Shown here piece by piece: positions 61,143-64,000 of a stretch of 64,000 nucleotides of DNA; the stretch's first letter is position 1, and every line of letters begins with the position of its first letter. The stretch is from Azolla caroliniana. Lineage: Eukaryota > Plantae > Polypodiophyta. The DNA lies in NCBI GenBank assembly GCA_043228905.1, contig JBHGNT010000010.1:6386001-6450000 (forward strand), read 5' to 3'. The position numbers and the translations under genes are program-made. The notes under the pieces are model-generated. The model worked only from the letters and a program-made list of their open reading frames with translations, had not been told where the DNA came from and made no database searches.

Positions 61143-64000
61143 TGTTACGTCGCGTTGTCGTGGAGAAAACCGTCCCTAGGCGAAATCGGAGAATTTTGGG
61201 AGAATCGGCGGTGTGCACCATGTGCACCCCCCTTTGTAGAAACGTGTGAATAGTAGGAGTCAAGTCGGGACAGAGAATCCCATGTAAGTCGGGATTTATC
61301 CCACATTGTAACGCATCCCTCTCCTTGTTCTATAAAAGGAAGGGAGCACCCTTTGTGAAAGGGTTGCCCAATTTGAGTCGTAAGGGTATACCATTTGTGT
61401 TTCTTTCTAGGGATAGCTACATTCTTCTTTCTCCTTCGTTTCTTTTCTTCTCCTTCTCGAGGAGTTGAGCAGTAGCTATGACGACAAGTTGATAGGTTAG
61501 TTTCTTTTCTTCTGTGCGTAGCCGGCTTGGGGTCGTGGTTGTATCCCCCCCCCCCCCCCCCTTTTTTTGAGGATTGCTTATGCTCGGTCCTGTGAGTGAC
61601 CCCACTCGGCGCGACAGCCCGTGAGCTCCCCGATCGGCGGCTTGGCAACCGACTGCGGCTGTAACTTACCTTGGTCTGGCTCGAAGCCGGGGTTGTATTC
61701 TTTCCCTTGTAATATACATGATCATATATGTTTGTGCATAATGGTGTCTCTGTTGGTGTCGGGTGCATAGGCCCCTCCTTTGTTTTGACTGTACATAAAA
61801 GTCAATGTTGCGCGCATGCTCTCCCTCTCTTCCTCTCTCGCGTTTGGTAGCCACCGGTACGCATCCGGAATCGCTCCGGTTCGCGCCACAACCAGTGCAG
61901 CCGAGACCGGAGAGAAGTCGGCTTCCGACACCCCATCACTTCCTCATCCGAGATCCACGTGGTCCCGCCCCTCTTCTACACGCACGCGCGTAACAATGCG
62001 ACGTGAAAGGCGGAAAGGGAGGATGGAGTTGGAAGAAGACGACTTCGCGCAACTTTTTGTCGTAGCGGTGAGGGAGTTTGGACAAGCAACAGCAAGAAGA
62101 GAGACAGCGCAACAAGCTGTCGAATGCGTGATCGAAAGAGTTGGCCGGTTCAACAGGGACAAAGTCCCCTTCTACTTGGAAGCCTACAACGCGGAAATGG
62201 AGGAGCGAGACGTAGACAACACGTTGAGGCTGGAGTTCTTCTGTCGGATCGTCGTCGTCTGTATGCACGCGGAGGTGAAGGAGCTCCGAGAAGCTCATAG
62301 TTCGTGGGAGGCCTTTGAAGAGGCGCTCCTACAGGCATATGGAGGACGACGGAAGAGCCGGTGACGACATGACTTCGACCAGTGGGTTGCATCGGCGAAG
62401 ACCCACCGGGGTGCAATGAAGGCGTTCCGAGATTACGAGCAGCGGCTTGCTCGGCTCTCGGAGCGGGAACAAGGTTTGGTGGGGGCGGACAAAGTCCTGT
62501 TGTTCGTTAAGTCGATCGACCGAGCGGAATGGGAGGCCATTGGGATTGAGCTCGAAGACGAGGACGGAGCGGATGGCCTCACCGAGGACTGGTCGAAGGT
62601 CGGAAGGGTGTGCCAACGGCTAGATGACGAGCGGGCCGAGAAGGCAAAGGGGAAGGCGCGCGACGGCGTGCCATCACAGCGGGAAGAGGCCGAACGGCAA
62701 AAGGAGTCGGCAAGGCTCGGCTTCGGGGCCAGGATTGCGGAGGCGTACACGGCTCTCGAGGCGAGGCTTGAGGAAGAGGAAAGATCGAGGCCGCAAGCCC
62801 GCGCCAAGGAGCCGAACTTGCCCCACGAGATGGCGGAAGACCGGTACCACGGTACCACGGGAGAGGGTGCGAAACAAAACGCCCTCTCGACTTGCGGAGA
62901 TAGAACGGCCGAGGACAAGGCCGAGATACCGATCGCAGAATCGGGATGCTGGGACCGGCGGTTTTGGGCAATGTCAGCCCGAAACCCCGGGCATTGGAGA
63001 AGTAAGCCCCGGTGGGGCTTGCGCAATCGGTAAGGAGTCGACCACCGACCACGAAGAGCCGGTGGCTACGGACAAGCGCGTAAAACGGACAAGCGATTCT
63101 TCGTGTCTTCCCATGCTTGCTCCCAAGATGAGACTAGTCGGTCCCAAGTGCCCACGTGAGTCCCAAGAGGAGGAAGGCGGCGGCATGAGACTCAGAATCA
63201 CCGGCGAGACGATACAGGGAAGGACCGGACGAAAGCCCTTGGACCCGATTCTGGAGAACCCGGCATTCGGGCCCTTACGCCCATGTGAGACTGAGGAGAT
63301 GGATGACGGTGTCGAGGAGTCCTGGCACGATGTTAGCGAAGAAGGATCAGAAATGGCCCACGACAAGGATGACGAAGTGACCAAGAAACGACCCGACTGG
63401 GGACCGAACAGTGCGACGCTCCGATACGGGTGGAGCGTAATCCGGTCGTGGATTGTTTGATCAGGGCCAGAATCGGCATGAAGGTGCCGATACGGGAGGG
63501 GGTGCGGAACGAGCCGCCCTCTTTTACATGGGGAGAAAGACCGATCGGGCGAAGGTCGGGAAATGGAAGGAAGGTGATCAAAGGTTCAGAACGAGTCTGG
63601 CAAGGTCGGCATCGGAGCCGAAACTCCGGACATTGGAGAATCAAGCCCAGGCGGGGCTTGATTGATCACAGAGTGGATGCTTTCCACCGACACCACTAAA
63701 AGGGGCGGTGGCCCGGACGAGTCGCCGAGAGACGTTACGAAAACGGTTACCCCACATCTTGTCCGGAGACTTCGGCAGTTCGGCCGACATGGCAACGTGA
63801 GACCGAGGAGATGGAAGATGGAGGCGGGAACGCATCAAGGAGAGCGACGATGAGTTCGGGAGAAGTACAGGGGATGAAGAGGAGAACGAAGACCGGTCCT
63901 ACGGAGATCCTCACACTGATCCGGCTGTCGGCCCAAGTGCCGGCGTGAGTCCTATAGGAGAGGTCGGTGGCGACAGGAGAACGGGACCCGGCAATCCAGA
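61143..64000 (+). mobile_element. gag: GC-rich gypsy-like LTR element: 5' LTR at 61143-62008 and frameshifted gag; runs off the window
   Basis: LTR termini TGTTACGTCGCGTTGT / ACAATGCGACGTGAAA (imperfect inverted repeat). TATAAAAG near 61331. GRFNRDKVPFYLEAYNAEM...SWEAFEEAL at 62023-62364, continuing at 62416-63033. Confidence 0.8.

Noticed and set aside
61545-61561. C17 run in the LTR as a G-quadruplex element
   Set aside because: A single homopolymer, absent from the related LTR at 48042-48626. Likely slippage or a sequencing length error.
62433-63460. Long overlapping ORFs on both strands as extra genes
   Set aside because: Expected by chance in GC-rich sequence. They are low-complexity R/P/S-rich translations with no domain.

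Overview
Eukaryotic, gene-free heterochromatin-like DNA made of nested retroelements. It is most likely from a non-seed land plant (moss, lycophyte or fern), inferred from Tcn1-like chromoviruses alongside non-chromoviral Ty3/gypsy elements. I see no host gene, rRNA, intact tRNA or CRISPR array. Contents: three L1-type LINE remnants, one with a 5' inversion; a hAT-type MITE; four Ty1/copia remnants; three chromovirus copies, two of them with both LTRs and perfect 5-bp TSDs; two non-chromoviral Ty3/gypsy elements carrying a shared extra 3' ORF; two gag-bearing gypsy-like pieces; and several solo LTRs, nested up to three levels deep. The strongest unusual signals are: (1) both non-chromoviral gypsy elements have an inverted, tRNA-Arg-like second PBS (a tRNA 3'-end mimic) where the polypurine tract should be; (2) at least five different LTR types carry an antisense tRNA-like Pol III A-box/B-box module in U3; (3) the chromovirus has a Tf1-like self-priming site and a GUUAAAC plus stem-loop -1 frameshift signal; (4) a microhomology-mediated rearrangement creates a hairpin with ~420-bp arms inside one chromovirus copy. 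All alignments and coordinates were read by eye, and family assignments are from recall rather than database searches.
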